DNA of 64,000 nt from Terriglobia bacterium (GTDB lineage Bacteria; Acidobacteriota; Terriglobia; Acidiferrales; UBA7541): the NCBI GenBank assembly GCA_963695545.1, contig OY968796.1, positions 1,472,001-1,536,000 on the forward strand, in the 5' to 3' direction. Below the pieces are notes generated by a model. That model saw only the letters and a program-made list of their open reading frames with translations. It was not told the DNA's origin and searched no databases. The position numbers and the translations under genes are program-made. Within the stretch, counting starts at the first letter, position 1. The number at the start of each line of letters is the position of its first letter. Of this stretch, positions 1-8,454 are shown in pieces.

Positions 1-65
1 ACCAGTGCGGCCTGGCTCTTCGGCGCATTCCAGGCACCTTCTTGGCAAATGGGGGGAACGTTCTA

Positions 66-473
66 GTGAAGAAACTCTATATCGGGAATCTTCCGTTTCA
101 GGCCACTGAAGAAGAAATCACTGAATGGTTCACGCAAACCGGAGTAACTCCTTCCAGCGTCATGCTGATCCGCGACCGCTTCACGGGCCAACCTCGTGGC
201 TTCGGCTTCGTAGAAATTCAAAACGATGAAGAGGCCCTGCGCGCCGTCCAGGCGCTGAACGGGCAGCAGCTCAAGGGAAGAAGCATCGTGGTTAACGAAG
301 CGCGTCCGCCGCGAGATGGCGGTGGAGGCGGCGGGCGCCCCGGGGGCGGCGGTGGTGGGCGCGGCGGATTTGGCGGAGGCGGAGGTGGTGGCCGCGGTGG
401 CGGAGGCGGCGGGCGCGGCGGCGGTGGTGGCCGAGGCGGCGGGGGCGACCGAGGCGGCGGGCGCGACTGGTAA
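66..473 (+). CDS. RNA recognition motif (RRM) RNA-binding protein with Gly/Arg-rich tail
   Basis: RNP2 KKLYIGNL, RNP1 RGFGFVEI, VVNEARP end of domain, RGG tail; GTG start at 66 preferred over TTG 42. Confidence 0.93.
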   Translation: MKKLYIGNLPFQATEEEITEWFTQTGVTPSSVMLIRDRFTGQPRGFGFVEIQNDEEALRAVQALNGQQLKGRSIVVNEARPPRDGGGGGGRPGGGGGGRGGFGGGGGGGRGGGGGGRGGGGGRGGGGDRGGGRDW

Positions 474-603
474 GAATAGTCTTCTCATCGGATCGGCGCC
501 GACCTGCTCGGGGCGCATTGCTTCAATCAGCTGCGTGTAACGCACTGCTTTAATCAACCACGCGGAGCGCACGCCTTCAACCAACCGCGCGGAGCACATT
601 GCT

Positions 604-1881
604 CTAATGGGCCGAGGCGCGGTGAGCTTCGGCCCGCTCCGCGGCGTTTCCGGATCGCACCTCTTCGATCTGCTCAACGCGCCCGCCCGAATAGCGGTAG
701 CGTTCGCGTGTCGCCGACTCGACGCCGCGCGCCACCAGTGCAGGCACATCCAGGCGCGCTTCGGCCTGATCGAGTTCTTCCGCGAGCGCGTGCAGCGCCG
801 GAGTGCGCGGCAGAAACAGCGGACAGCAATCGTGAAATGGCTCCGCGGAAATTTCGTAGGTTCCGATCTTCCGCGCGATCGCCAGAATCTCCTGCTTGTC
901 GTCTCCCGCCAAAGGACGAAACACCGGCATGCGCACCGCGTCGCCCACGGCCACCATGTTGTGCAGCGTTTGCGAGGCCACTTGTCCCAGGCTATCTCCC
1001 GCGACGATGCCTTGCGCGCGATCCGCGAGCGCCAGACGTTCCGCGATGCGCAGCATCATCCGGCGATAGAGCAGCACGCGATACGTTTCCGGCGCCTGAC
1101 CCACGATTTCGCGCTGGATCGCCTCAAACGGCACCAGATGCAGTTTCGCCGTAAATTGATACGGCACCAGGCGCCGCACCAGTTCGCGCGCCACGTGCAC
1201 CGAGCTTTCTCCCGCCCGCGCGCCGCCGCCCCAGAAATGCACGAAGCTCAAGTGCGCCCCGCGCTTCATCATTTTGTACGCGGCCACCGCGGAATCGAAA
1301 CCGCCCGAAAGCAGGCACGCCATGCGCCCCGCCGTGTTCGCCGGCAGACCGCCCGGCCCCGGAATTTTTCGCGCGTAAACCAGCGCCGGTCCCGGCGGAA
1401 TCTCGATGCGGCAGGTCAGCTCCGGATCGCGCAACTGCACGCGAACTTCATGCCCCGCTGCCCGCAGCCGGTCGAGCAAATATCGACCCACGATCGTTTC
1501 GATTTCGGTCACGCTGTGCGGGAACGATTTGTCGCTGCGCTTGGCGCGCACGGCGAAAGTCGAAAATCGCTCGGACGCAATTTCCTCCCACGCCGCGCGG
1601 CAAATATCTTCCATCGGTCGCTCGCCGCCCCGATCCACCGGCCGCGCCACGGCGTAATAAGCCACGCCGAAAACGCGCTCGAGACGCGCCCGCGCCTCAT
1701 CGAGCGATGGCCCTTCCCCCAATTCGATCACCAGCCGGTCCGCGGGCCGCGTCACGCGCACAAGCTCCAGCCCCTCGAGCGTCGAGCGCACCGCCGCAAC
1801 CAGCTTCGAGAGGAAAAATTGGCGATTTCCCCCCTTCAGCCACAGTTCGTGATAATGCGCGACGATCACTCGTTTCGTCAT
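604..1881 (-). CDS. thiI: tRNA 4-thiouridine(8) synthase ThiI (THUMP + PP-loop)
   Basis: HYHELWLKGGNR N-terminus, GPGGLP, LLSGGFDS PP-loop, GDSLGQVASQTL, DCC; ATG 1881 (upstream ORF extension crosses a repeat element). Confidence 0.93.
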   Translation of the reverse strand: MTKRVIVAHYHELWLKGGNRQFFLSKLVAAVRSTLEGLELVRVTRPADRLVIELGEGPSLDEARARLERVFGVAYYAVARPVDRGGERPMEDICRAAWEEIASERFSTFAVRAKRSDKSFPHSVTEIETIVGRYLLDRLRAAGHEVRVQLRDPELTCRIEIPPGPALVYARKIPGPGGLPANTAGRMACLLSGGFDSAVAAYKMMKRGAHLSFVHFWGGGARAGESSVHVARELVRRLVPYQFTAKLHLVPFEAIQREIVGQAPETYRVLLYRRMMLRIAERLALADRAQGIVAGDSLGQVASQTLHNMVAVGDAVRMPVFRPLAGDDKQEILAIARKIGTYEISAEPFHDCCPLFLPRTPALHALAEELDQAEARLDVPALVARGVESATRERYRYSGGRVEQIEEVRSGNAAERAEAHRASAH

Positions 1882-1988
1882 AGGAGCAATTCCAGGAAGG
1901 TTCGTTGCCCGTAAAGTATAACAGCAGACGCCGCCGCGGGCTGAGATGAGCTCGTGATGCGTATTGCGAGAGCGAGATCGCGGCGGGA

Positions 1989-2152
1989 GGGGGGTACACC
2001 CCCGGGTATGTTTCGCGTAAGCGCGGCAAGCACAGGGCTTGCAGGAAAAGAGTGAGAAAGAGTGCGCAAGAGATTGAGCGCAATGGGTTTGCGAGCGTTT
2101 ATTTTCAATAAGATGCGCACTCCTTTGCATTTGGTTTGGAATCATTCGTTTA
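1989..2152 (-). repeat. Dispersed AT-rich element, copy 1 core
   Basis: 1992-2055 aligns to revcomp of 21983-22044 (6 mismatches, 2 gaps); 2100-2129 matches 57351-57380 at 27/30. Confidence 0.85.
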
Positions 2153-2354
2153 CGGCGACACAATTGTGCGGGTAAGCGCGGTTCGGTCGCGATCAATCGA
2201 TGATATTTTGTAGACCAGGCCGGGCGGGCGACAGGGAGGCTCCGCCGTGCGTGCGCGGACTTGACCGCCAAGATTCGCACGGTTGAGCTGGGCTCGAACG
2301 GAAAAATCTTGAGCGGGCGAGCGGTTGGGAGGTGTGGTTCGAGGCTCATGCGTG

Positions 2355-2384
2355 ATGGTAGCACGAAGGGCAACGCAATGTCAA
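2355..2384 (-). promoter_or_regulatory. Sigma70-type promoter upstream of element copy 1 / thiI
   Basis: TTGACA-N18-TACCAT with extended -10 TG; ATG 5 nt after the -10 (2349). Confidence 0.6.
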
Positions 2385-2525
2385 TATTATCTATGAGTTA
2401 TAATTCGAATGCGATGGGTGTGAGGGCATAGCGGAATGATTTTGCGTGAGATTTCCAGAGTCTTGGTCCTCCGTCTTGTAACGATTGCGATACGGGCGAG
2501 ACGACCCGCGACGGGCGAAACATTG

Positions 2526-2893
2526 AGAAAACGTCCCGTCTGTCCCCGATGATCCTGCCAGACATGTCCGCTGGACTTGTGAGACGCGTTCCAATACGAA
2601 GCATAGCGCCCATGGGTTTGTTTCAAGGCCAACGCGAGGGCTTGGGTCTTGCGCGGAACGACCACTAAATGCATGTGGTTGGACATCAGGCAGTAGCCCA
2701 GCAGCGATAAGTCGTGGAGTTGAACGTACTGGCGTAACAGCTCCAGGTAAACCGAGCGTTCGCCATCGGAAGCGAGAAGGAGTTGCCGCGCGTTACCGCG
2801 CTGCGTTACATGGTGCGGGACATTGGCGACTACGATACGAGCCAAGCGAGCCATCACCCGATAAAATACCAGAAAACGTCCCGTCTGTCCCCG
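2526..2893. repeat. 23-bp direct repeat (2526-2548, 2871-2893) bracketing a truncated RAYT
   Basis: AGAAAACGTCCCGTCTGTCCCCG occurs twice exactly. Confidence 0.85.
2550..2854 (-). pseudogene. Truncated REP-associated tyrosine (Y1/HUH) transposase
   Basis: MARLARIVV..PHHVTQRGN..YCLMSNHMHL..GHVWQ then broken by the repeat; catalytic Tyr region absent. Confidence 0.85.
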
Positions 2894-2940
2894 GGTTCCG
2901 TCCCCGGTTTTCGCGGCCTTCCATTCGCGGTCGAGAGGAT

Positions 2941-3351
2941 TCAATCCTTTTGATTCAAGAAGCGGCCGAGATATGCATTCAGTAGTGCATTCTCGATCAG
3001 GGTGGCGAAGAAAAACTCGATTAGCCCGACCTGTCTCAACCGCAGTAGGACCACGAATCCCAGGCCGAAGTGGAGAATCGAAAACAGCACCAACGGGCCC
3101 CAGAATCTGCGCGATCTCCAAAAGGGTTCGGAGTGGCGTATCGCATTGCCGAAAACCAGGGCGCTCATGATCCCGAACCCGAGCCACTTGAGCGGCAGTC
3201 CGGACGTTCGACCCAGCCTGCCTTGGTGGACTGCGTAAACCCCGCCAACGACGACTAGTAGAATACCAATCAGGCAGTAGAGCAGCAGGTCCCGAAGCCT
3301 CCGACGGACAGTGCCTGGATGCGGATTGTTCGCAGGTGCGTTCAATGGCAC
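2941..3351 (-). CDS. Small 4-TM membrane protein, candidate immunity partner
   Basis: Hydrophobic segments; start overlaps the stop of the upstream toxin-like remnant. Confidence 0.55.
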   Translation of the reverse strand: MPLNAPANNPHPGTVRRRLRDLLLYCLIGILLVVVGGVYAVHQGRLGRTSGLPLKWLGFGIMSALVFGNAIRHSEPFWRSRRFWGPLVLFSILHFGLGFVVLLRLRQVGLIEFFFATLIENALLNAYLGRFLNQKD

Positions 3352-3558
3352 CCTCCGCTGGTTGCCGTCTCCCCTTCCTGGATGTCTGCCTGAAACAGGG
3401 CACCGTCGATATATCCGGCGGCCGTCTCGGCCGCGCTCTCCACAGCACTTCCGTTCTTGATATTGTTGAACGGTCTAGAATTGTTAGGGGCGATGAGTCC
3501 TGTCCCCCCTTCAACGTTGGGCCTTGACGCGGCGTACTTCATCGCGTTACCAGCCCTG
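3342..3558 (-). pseudogene. C-terminal remnant of an ORF cut by the RAYT arm, possibly an RHS toxin tip
   Basis: Open frame runs from the arm boundary to TGA overlapping the next gene; assignment from context only. Confidence 0.35.
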
Positions 3559-4465
3559 ACGGGCGGGTGGCGCGCCCTTCCGTGAGCATGTGCATTTTCG
3601 ATCTCCACGCGCGAATGATACCATTAGCGACCTTCACCTTCGAGTAACATCGCGTGTCAGTCGGGATGCGGTTTGCGCAGCCCGGGGTGGCCCATTCTTT
3701 GTCCGCCGCGGCGGACAAAGGGTGGGGATTTCGATTTCGGGGTCGCTTCTACGGGCCCTCGTCGATCCGGACGAGTCCTTCCACGCCCTTCGCGTAATAC
3801 GACCAGCTGCTCCACGGCCAATCCTTTGGATGACCCACCAGCTTGTTCTTCACCGGATTCATGTGCATGTATTCGAGCTTCTCGATTTTTTTCTTGTGAC
3901 TCCACACGTTGAAGTCGTGAAATCTGCGCTGCCAGAATTGGCGCGGCACGAGTTCGCCTTCGACGAATGCGAACGGCAGCTGCGTTTCCGGCGCGCGCTT
4001 CTTCCTCGCGCGCAGGCGGCGCGAAACTCTTTGCTTCAGCACTTGCATCACGGTGGAAGGCGTTCCTTTCGCCGGTTCGCTGATTAGCAGGTGAACGTGG
4101 TTGGGCATCACGACGTATCCGACGAGGAGAAATCCGTAGCGGTCGCGCACTTCCCCGAGAATTTTTATGAACACGTTTCTGGCACGCGCGGAGGCAAGCA
4201 ACGGCAACCGCCGGTAGCACGTGTAGGTGAGGAAATGCAGGTCTTGATTGCCGTAGTAGCGTTTGAGATTCCAGGGCATGAAGGCGAACCCACGGACCCA
4301 CCCTTTGTCCGCCGCGGCGGACAAAGGATGGGCCACCCCGGGCTGCGCAGACCGCAGCCCGATGGACGCGCGATGTTACTCCAAGGTGAAGATCGCTAGT
4401 GGTGTCATCCTCGCGTGAGGACTAAAAAACTACAGAAGCAAACAGAGGGTGCGCCACCCGCCCGT
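3559..4465. mobile_element. RAYT element 1 with ~165-bp inverted arms (3559-3727, 4297-4465)
   Basis: Arms are imperfect reverse complements, each with perfect palindrome CTTTGTCCGCCGCGGCGGACAAAG and terminal GGG(T/C)GCGCCACCCGC. Confidence 0.88.
3749..4279 (-). CDS. REP-associated tyrosine transposase (RAYT, Y1 HUH), copy 1
   Basis: LHFLTYTCYRR, YVVMPNHVHLL (HUH), FWQRRFHDFNV, KLEYMHMNPVK (catalytic Tyr), WPWSS. Confidence 0.92.
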   Translation of the reverse strand: MPWNLKRYYGNQDLHFLTYTCYRRLPLLASARARNVFIKILGEVRDRYGFLLVGYVVMPNHVHLLISEPAKGTPSTVMQVLKQRVSRRLRARKKRAPETQLPFAFVEGELVPRQFWQRRFHDFNVWSHKKKIEKLEYMHMNPVKNKLVGHPKDWPWSSWSYYAKGVEGLVRIDEGP

Positions 4466-4515
4466 GCGCCGAAGTTGTCCAGATTGGATTCTGTGTCCCG
4501 TTCTTTGCCGGTATA
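4462..4515 (-). pseudogene. RHS-associated core fragment cut by the RAYT arm
   Basis: YTGKERDTESNLDNFGAR then directly REP arm sequence. Confidence 0.8.
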
Positions 4516-4850
4516 ACGTGATCCGCCACGATTTTCCAGCAACGCTCCGTCTATCCCTAGTGCGCTCGCGGAGTTAGACCACGCACTGCCCTGATGTGGT
4601 GCTACATTTTTCCTCGCGAACCCCAGACGCGAGTTTTCGCCTACACCCTCGAAAGCATCTAAAGGAAAAAACACACACGGATCGCTGCATGACCCACGGA
4701 ACACGTGTTCTTGAGCTGCTTCCATTGGCGGGTACCCGACTCCCTCCGCACGCTCCTGGGTCAAGCAAGACGCCGCCAGCACGGTTTCACGCGGCGGTCT
4801 AACCCTCCCCTACTGTTTGTCAGGCTCCGGCTTTGGGAGCTTTCGGGCCT

Positions 4851-5381
4851 TTACGTTGGCAACGGAAAAATCACGAGCCGATATCCGGCGAAGGGAAGGG
4901 GATGGCCCCATCCTCCCCATTTGCCGACGACCTTGCCCGACACATCATGGAGAAGGCCTAACGAGTCTTCGGTGGTTCCAGCCGGGACTGTGGCAACCTC
5001 CAGTTTTCCGGTTAGGGCTGCCTGAACCTGGTACATAGGGCATGCCTCGCAAGGGCGCTCTTTCGTTCCTTTGTAGACTGCGCTTGTGTACTTTTGAAAA
5101 CGCTTGAGATTCGCGTCGGGATGCTCCTTAAAATTCGGAGATTCCTCGCCAGCTTCTCCGTACACGAGCACAACTGCATCCCGACATCCCGGAATGTTGA
5201 GCAGCATGTCGTGCGGACCATCCACAACGCTTCCTTGGAGCGTGACAGTCTGGCCATTCGTGTATGACGAAAGCGCGCAAGCAGTCTGATTACCCTGTTG
5301 TGCGACGGCGGTTGCTGAACAGAACAAGAGAAAAAATATCGGGCACGCTAGTGCAGACACGGCAGCGCGCGCAGGCTTCAC
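4851..5381 (-). CDS. Secreted Cys-containing protein in the RHS cassette; 3' end possibly frameshifted
   Basis: Signal peptide; GTGA overlap with the upstream gene; one more T in the run at ~4866-4870 would extend it to TAG near 4810. Confidence 0.65.
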   Translation of the reverse strand: MKPARAAVSALACPIFFLLFCSATAVAQQGNQTACALSSYTNGQTVTLQGSVVDGPHDMLLNIPGCRDAVVLVYGEAGEESPNFKEHPDANLKRFQKYTSAVYKGTKERPCEACPMYQVQAALTGKLEVATVPAGTTEDSLGLLHDVSGKVVGKWGGWGHPLPFAGYRLVIFPLPT

Positions 5382-5842
5382 TTCTTTCCTGCTGGCATAT
5401 CCACTGTACCGGGCCAGCGTAGGGCTTCCACTTCAACTGCCGAGGGGAGGTTGAGTATCACGCGCGGATTATTTTGGGATGGTTCTAGGTCCGTCACAAG
5501 TTTGTAGGTGTAGGTCACGGTGAACGTGGTTGGCGTGTGGGGCGAGAACTGCCACGTTCGGAGGTTCTCCTCAGCAAAATCAGCTAAGAGCTTATGGCCG
5601 TCCTCAACTTGTATGGAGACTACGTGGTGGCCATCCGTCGTGGCCTTAAGGTGCACTACCCCTTCAACATTTGCGAGGCGTGCTGTCGGAGGGTACAGAG
5701 GCACTTGGGCCGAAGTAACCATAGGTAGGGCCACGCGCACTTGCTGTGCGCCTATCGCCAAGCTTTCCAAAAGTAGAAGACTCGCCGCCCCGACTGCTCG
5801 CCAAAGAAAATTGCCTTTCATCAGATTTGCTCCTATGCCCAT
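5378..5842 (-). CDS. Secreted TonB C-terminal domain-like protein
   Basis: Signal peptide; PLYPPTARLANVEGVVHL..GHKLL..WQF TonB_C pattern; TGATG coupling with the toxin ORF. Confidence 0.75.
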   Translation of the reverse strand: MGIGANLMKGNFLWRAVGAASLLLLESLAIGAQQVRVALPMVTSAQVPLYPPTARLANVEGVVHLKATTDGHHVVSIQVEDGHKLLADFAEENLRTWQFSPHTPTTFTVTYTYKLVTDLEPSQNNPRVILNLPSAVEVEALRWPGTVDMPAGKK

Positions 5843-6582
5843 CAGTTCGGCCAGGGATTGTGTGGCGTCGTCTCTGGATGAGTCGGTTGTCCGTTTTGGT
5901 CATGGAATCTCGTAACGAAATTGGTGATGTTCTTATCCACTTGCGCCCAACTTCCGTTCCAAAGAACGTAGTTCGTTCCGTCGTAACTCCGAGAAAACGA
6001 GGTCGCTCCAAGCGCGGACGCAGCGAAGATTGAAGTCTGGTATCCGCGATATTCGGTGGAGAAAGGGCTAAGGCTTGGCAAGGATCCGAGAGTGATGTAG
6101 TCGTTGACAGCCTGTGTTAGGAAATCCTCGACGTGCGTACCCTCGTGAGCCGCGTCTATCGCATACTCGCCCTGGCTGCTTATCTTGCTCGGATCGAAAG
6201 TGATAGTAGCTCCAAGCATGCCACTTTGACTGGCGCTGAAATCGGTTTGGGCGGCTGCATCCCCGCTCAGTGCGCCAAACGTGACGTTCACTCCGTTGTT
6301 GTCGCCTTGGGTTCCTAGCGCCGTCAGTGATGCTTCGAGCCTATCTTTTGCAGCGCCGTTCTTCATCTTGTCCACTTGCTTCTGTAAGTTGGACAGCCCA
6401 TTCTTCAAGTCCTTCGCGTGCTGATTGAACTGCTTGTTGCATTTCTTGTCGTCTGAGGCGCAGTTGTTCACCAGGTCGTAGAGTCCTGTTGGATCGATGA
6501 TGTTGAGCGGATTGTTTAGCGCATAGGCGTACCGATTCCACGTTTGAGGATTGCTAGGTCGTCCGCTGTTCAGCAACGGATC
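5842..6582 (-). CDS. Orphan RHS C-terminal toxin cassette with HExxH motif (5'-truncated)
   Basis: DPLLNSGRPSNPQTWNRYAYALNNPLNIIDPTG (PxxxxDPxG core end) then variable tip containing AAHEGTH. Confidence 0.88.
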   Translation of the reverse strand, partial: DPLLNSGRPSNPQTWNRYAYALNNPLNIIDPTGLYDLVNNCASDDKKCNKQFNQHAKDLKNGLSNLQKQVDKMKNGAAKDRLEASLTALGTQGDNNGVNVTFGALSGDAAAQTDFSASQSGMLGATITFDPSKISSQGEYAIDAAHEGTHVEDFLTQAVNDYITLGSLPSLSPFSTEYRGYQTSIFAASALGATSFSRSYDGTNYVLWNGSWAQVDKNITNFVTRFHDQNGQPTHPETTPHNPWPN

Positions 6583-7481
6583 GCGGGTGGCGCACCCTTT
6601 GTCTGCGTCTGTAGTTTTCAGCCGTCACGCGCGGATGATACCACTAGCGACCTTCACTGTGGAGTAACGTCGGACGTCCGTCGGGCCGCGGTGTGTGCAG
6701 CCCGGGGTGGCCCATTCCTTGTCCGCCGCGGCGGACAAAGGGTGGGGCTTTCGATTTCCGGGGTCGCTTCTACGGACTCTCGTCGATCCGGACGAGTCCT
6801 TCCACGCCCTTCGCGTAATACGACCAGCTGCTCCACGGCCAATCCTTTGGATGACCCACCAGCTTGTTCTTCACCGGATTCATGTGCATGTATTCGAGCT
6901 TCTCGATTTTTTTCTTGTGACTCCACACGTTGAAGTCGTGAAATCTGCGCTGCCAGAATTGCCGCGGCGCGAGTTCGCCTTCGACGAATGCGAGCTGGAG
7001 TTGCGTTTGCGGCGCGCGCCTGTTCCTCGCGCGCAGGCGGCGCGAGACTCTTTGCTTCAGCACTTGCATCACGGTGGAAGGCGTCCCTTTCGCCGGTTCG
7101 CTGATTAGCAGATGAACGTGGTTGGGCATCACGACGTATCCGACGAGGAGAAACCCGTAACGGTCGCGCACTTCTTCAAGAATCTCAACGAACACGTTTC
7201 TGGCGCGCGCCGAGGCAAGCAGCGGCAAGCGCCGGTAGCAGGTGTAGGTGAGGAAATGCAGGTCTTGGTTGCCGTAGTGGCGCTTGAGATTCCAGGGCAT
7301 GACGGCAAACCCACGGACCCACCCTTTGTCCGCCGCGGCGGACAAAGGATGGGCCACCCCGGGCTGCGCAGACCGCAGCCCGACGGACGCGCGATGTTAC
7401 TCCGAGCTGAAGGTTGCCAGTGAATCCATTCCCGCGTGGAGATCGAAAATGCGCACCCTCACGGAAGGGTGTGCCACCCGT
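6583..7481. mobile_element. RAYT element 2 with inverted arms (6583-6748, 7318-7481)
   Basis: Same arm architecture and palindromes as element 1. Confidence 0.88.
6770..7300 (-). CDS. REP-associated tyrosine transposase (RAYT), copy 2
   Basis: Near-identical to copy 1; HUH and Tyr motifs intact. Confidence 0.92.
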   Translation of the reverse strand: MPWNLKRHYGNQDLHFLTYTCYRRLPLLASARARNVFVEILEEVRDRYGFLLVGYVVMPNHVHLLISEPAKGTPSTVMQVLKQRVSRRLRARNRRAPQTQLQLAFVEGELAPRQFWQRRFHDFNVWSHKKKIEKLEYMHMNPVKNKLVGHPKDWPWSSWSYYAKGVEGLVRIDESP

Positions 7482-7808
7482 CCTAGGATTCACATATGCG
7501 CATTGGCGGCAAAAATGGATCGAGGGCGGAATGGTATGGAAACGCGTGAGCCTAAAGCCTCCGCCAAATTGGCACCCTGGAGACCAACTGCGGCATGTGC
7601 TGCCCGCATGATTCACCCTTCGGAGCCGGGCGGTGACGATTTTGAAACAGGATCGAAACAACGGCGAGTTCACCGTAGACGCCCACCACCTTTGGGCGTA
7701 TACGACAATCTCTGACGTGGACCGTGGCTTTGTGTGACCTTTCGAGGGGCTAGAGCATCTGAGATACTTCAGGCGCTCCGGTCAAGCGAGCAGACGGGAG
7801 TTGTTGAT

Positions 7809-8075
7809 GTGGATAAGCGGGATTGGGAAGCATATTTCGAGATTGCCCGGACTCCCGGGCGGCGCCGCCGTCCGCCCCGGCCGATCTGCCCGAGTGAGGC
7901 CAACCACATTCTTCCGGCCATCGGCTTCAGTCTATCTGAGCTTGACGACGCCGGGATTGACGTCGAACTCGCCGAACGTCTCGGCCTGCCCGTAGATGCC
8001 GGACGCATTGGAGCTTATGGTCCCAATGTCTCGAGCCTGCGCGAGTTTGCCAGGATGGCCCGCCGTCCCGGTTAA
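7809..8075 (+). CDS. Small protein resembling ribosomal protein eL13 (L13e)
   Basis: GFSLSELDDAGI..AERLGLPVD.GR....NVSSLREF pattern; GGGAG RBS 8 nt before GTG 7809. Confidence 0.6.
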   Translation: MDKRDWEAYFEIARTPGRRRRPPRPICPSEANHILPAIGFSLSELDDAGIDVELAERLGLPVDAGRIGAYGPNVSSLREFARMARRPG

Positions 8076-8160
8076 CGCTCGGTAGTTCTATTACTGGGTG
8101 CAGCCGCCGCGCCTGCAATTCGCTTGACGGCCCGGAAACTTTCGGTAAACTGCCAACTTC

Positions 8161-8454
8161 ATGCTGACGATGATGACGCCCGCGACCGTGATCCTTTCCG
8201 AAGAGGCGGATTTCGCCTTTCCGCAGCGCGAAGCGGCCTTCTTCTACGGTCTATTCCTGCGCGGCCACTCCGCCGACGAGTTGCGCCGCGATATCGAGGT
8301 CCCGCCAACCATCCTGGCAAAATGGCATCGCGAGGCCGAGCGCGAGCCGGACCTGCGCGACGTCTTCGACCGCATGATCACCTACCGGCGCCACGTGCTG
8401 GCCATCTTCGAGTCGCTGGTTGGCAACGAGAACCAGATCCAACGCGTGCAGTAG
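8161..8454 (+). CDS. Hypothetical protein
   Basis: Clean ORF with host-like codon usage; TTGACG and TAAACT-like boxes upstream. Confidence 0.7.
   Translation: MLTMMTPATVILSEEADFAFPQREAAFFYGLFLRGHSADELRRDIEVPPTILAKWHREAEREPDLRDVFDRMITYRRHVLAIFESLVGNENQIQRVQ

Noticed and set aside
316..470. G-rich low-complexity repeat
   Set aside because: Encodes the normal RGG tail of the RRM protein.
1882..2373. Long N-terminal extension of ThiI (and of GH3 at 22009-22203)
   Set aside because: The extension crosses the non-coding repeat element; family-like sequence starts at the internal ATG.
4810..4870. Programmed frameshift in the cassette gene (also 63923)
   Set aside because: Three single-base indels in the window are as well explained by sequencing error or decay; no stimulatory signals seen.
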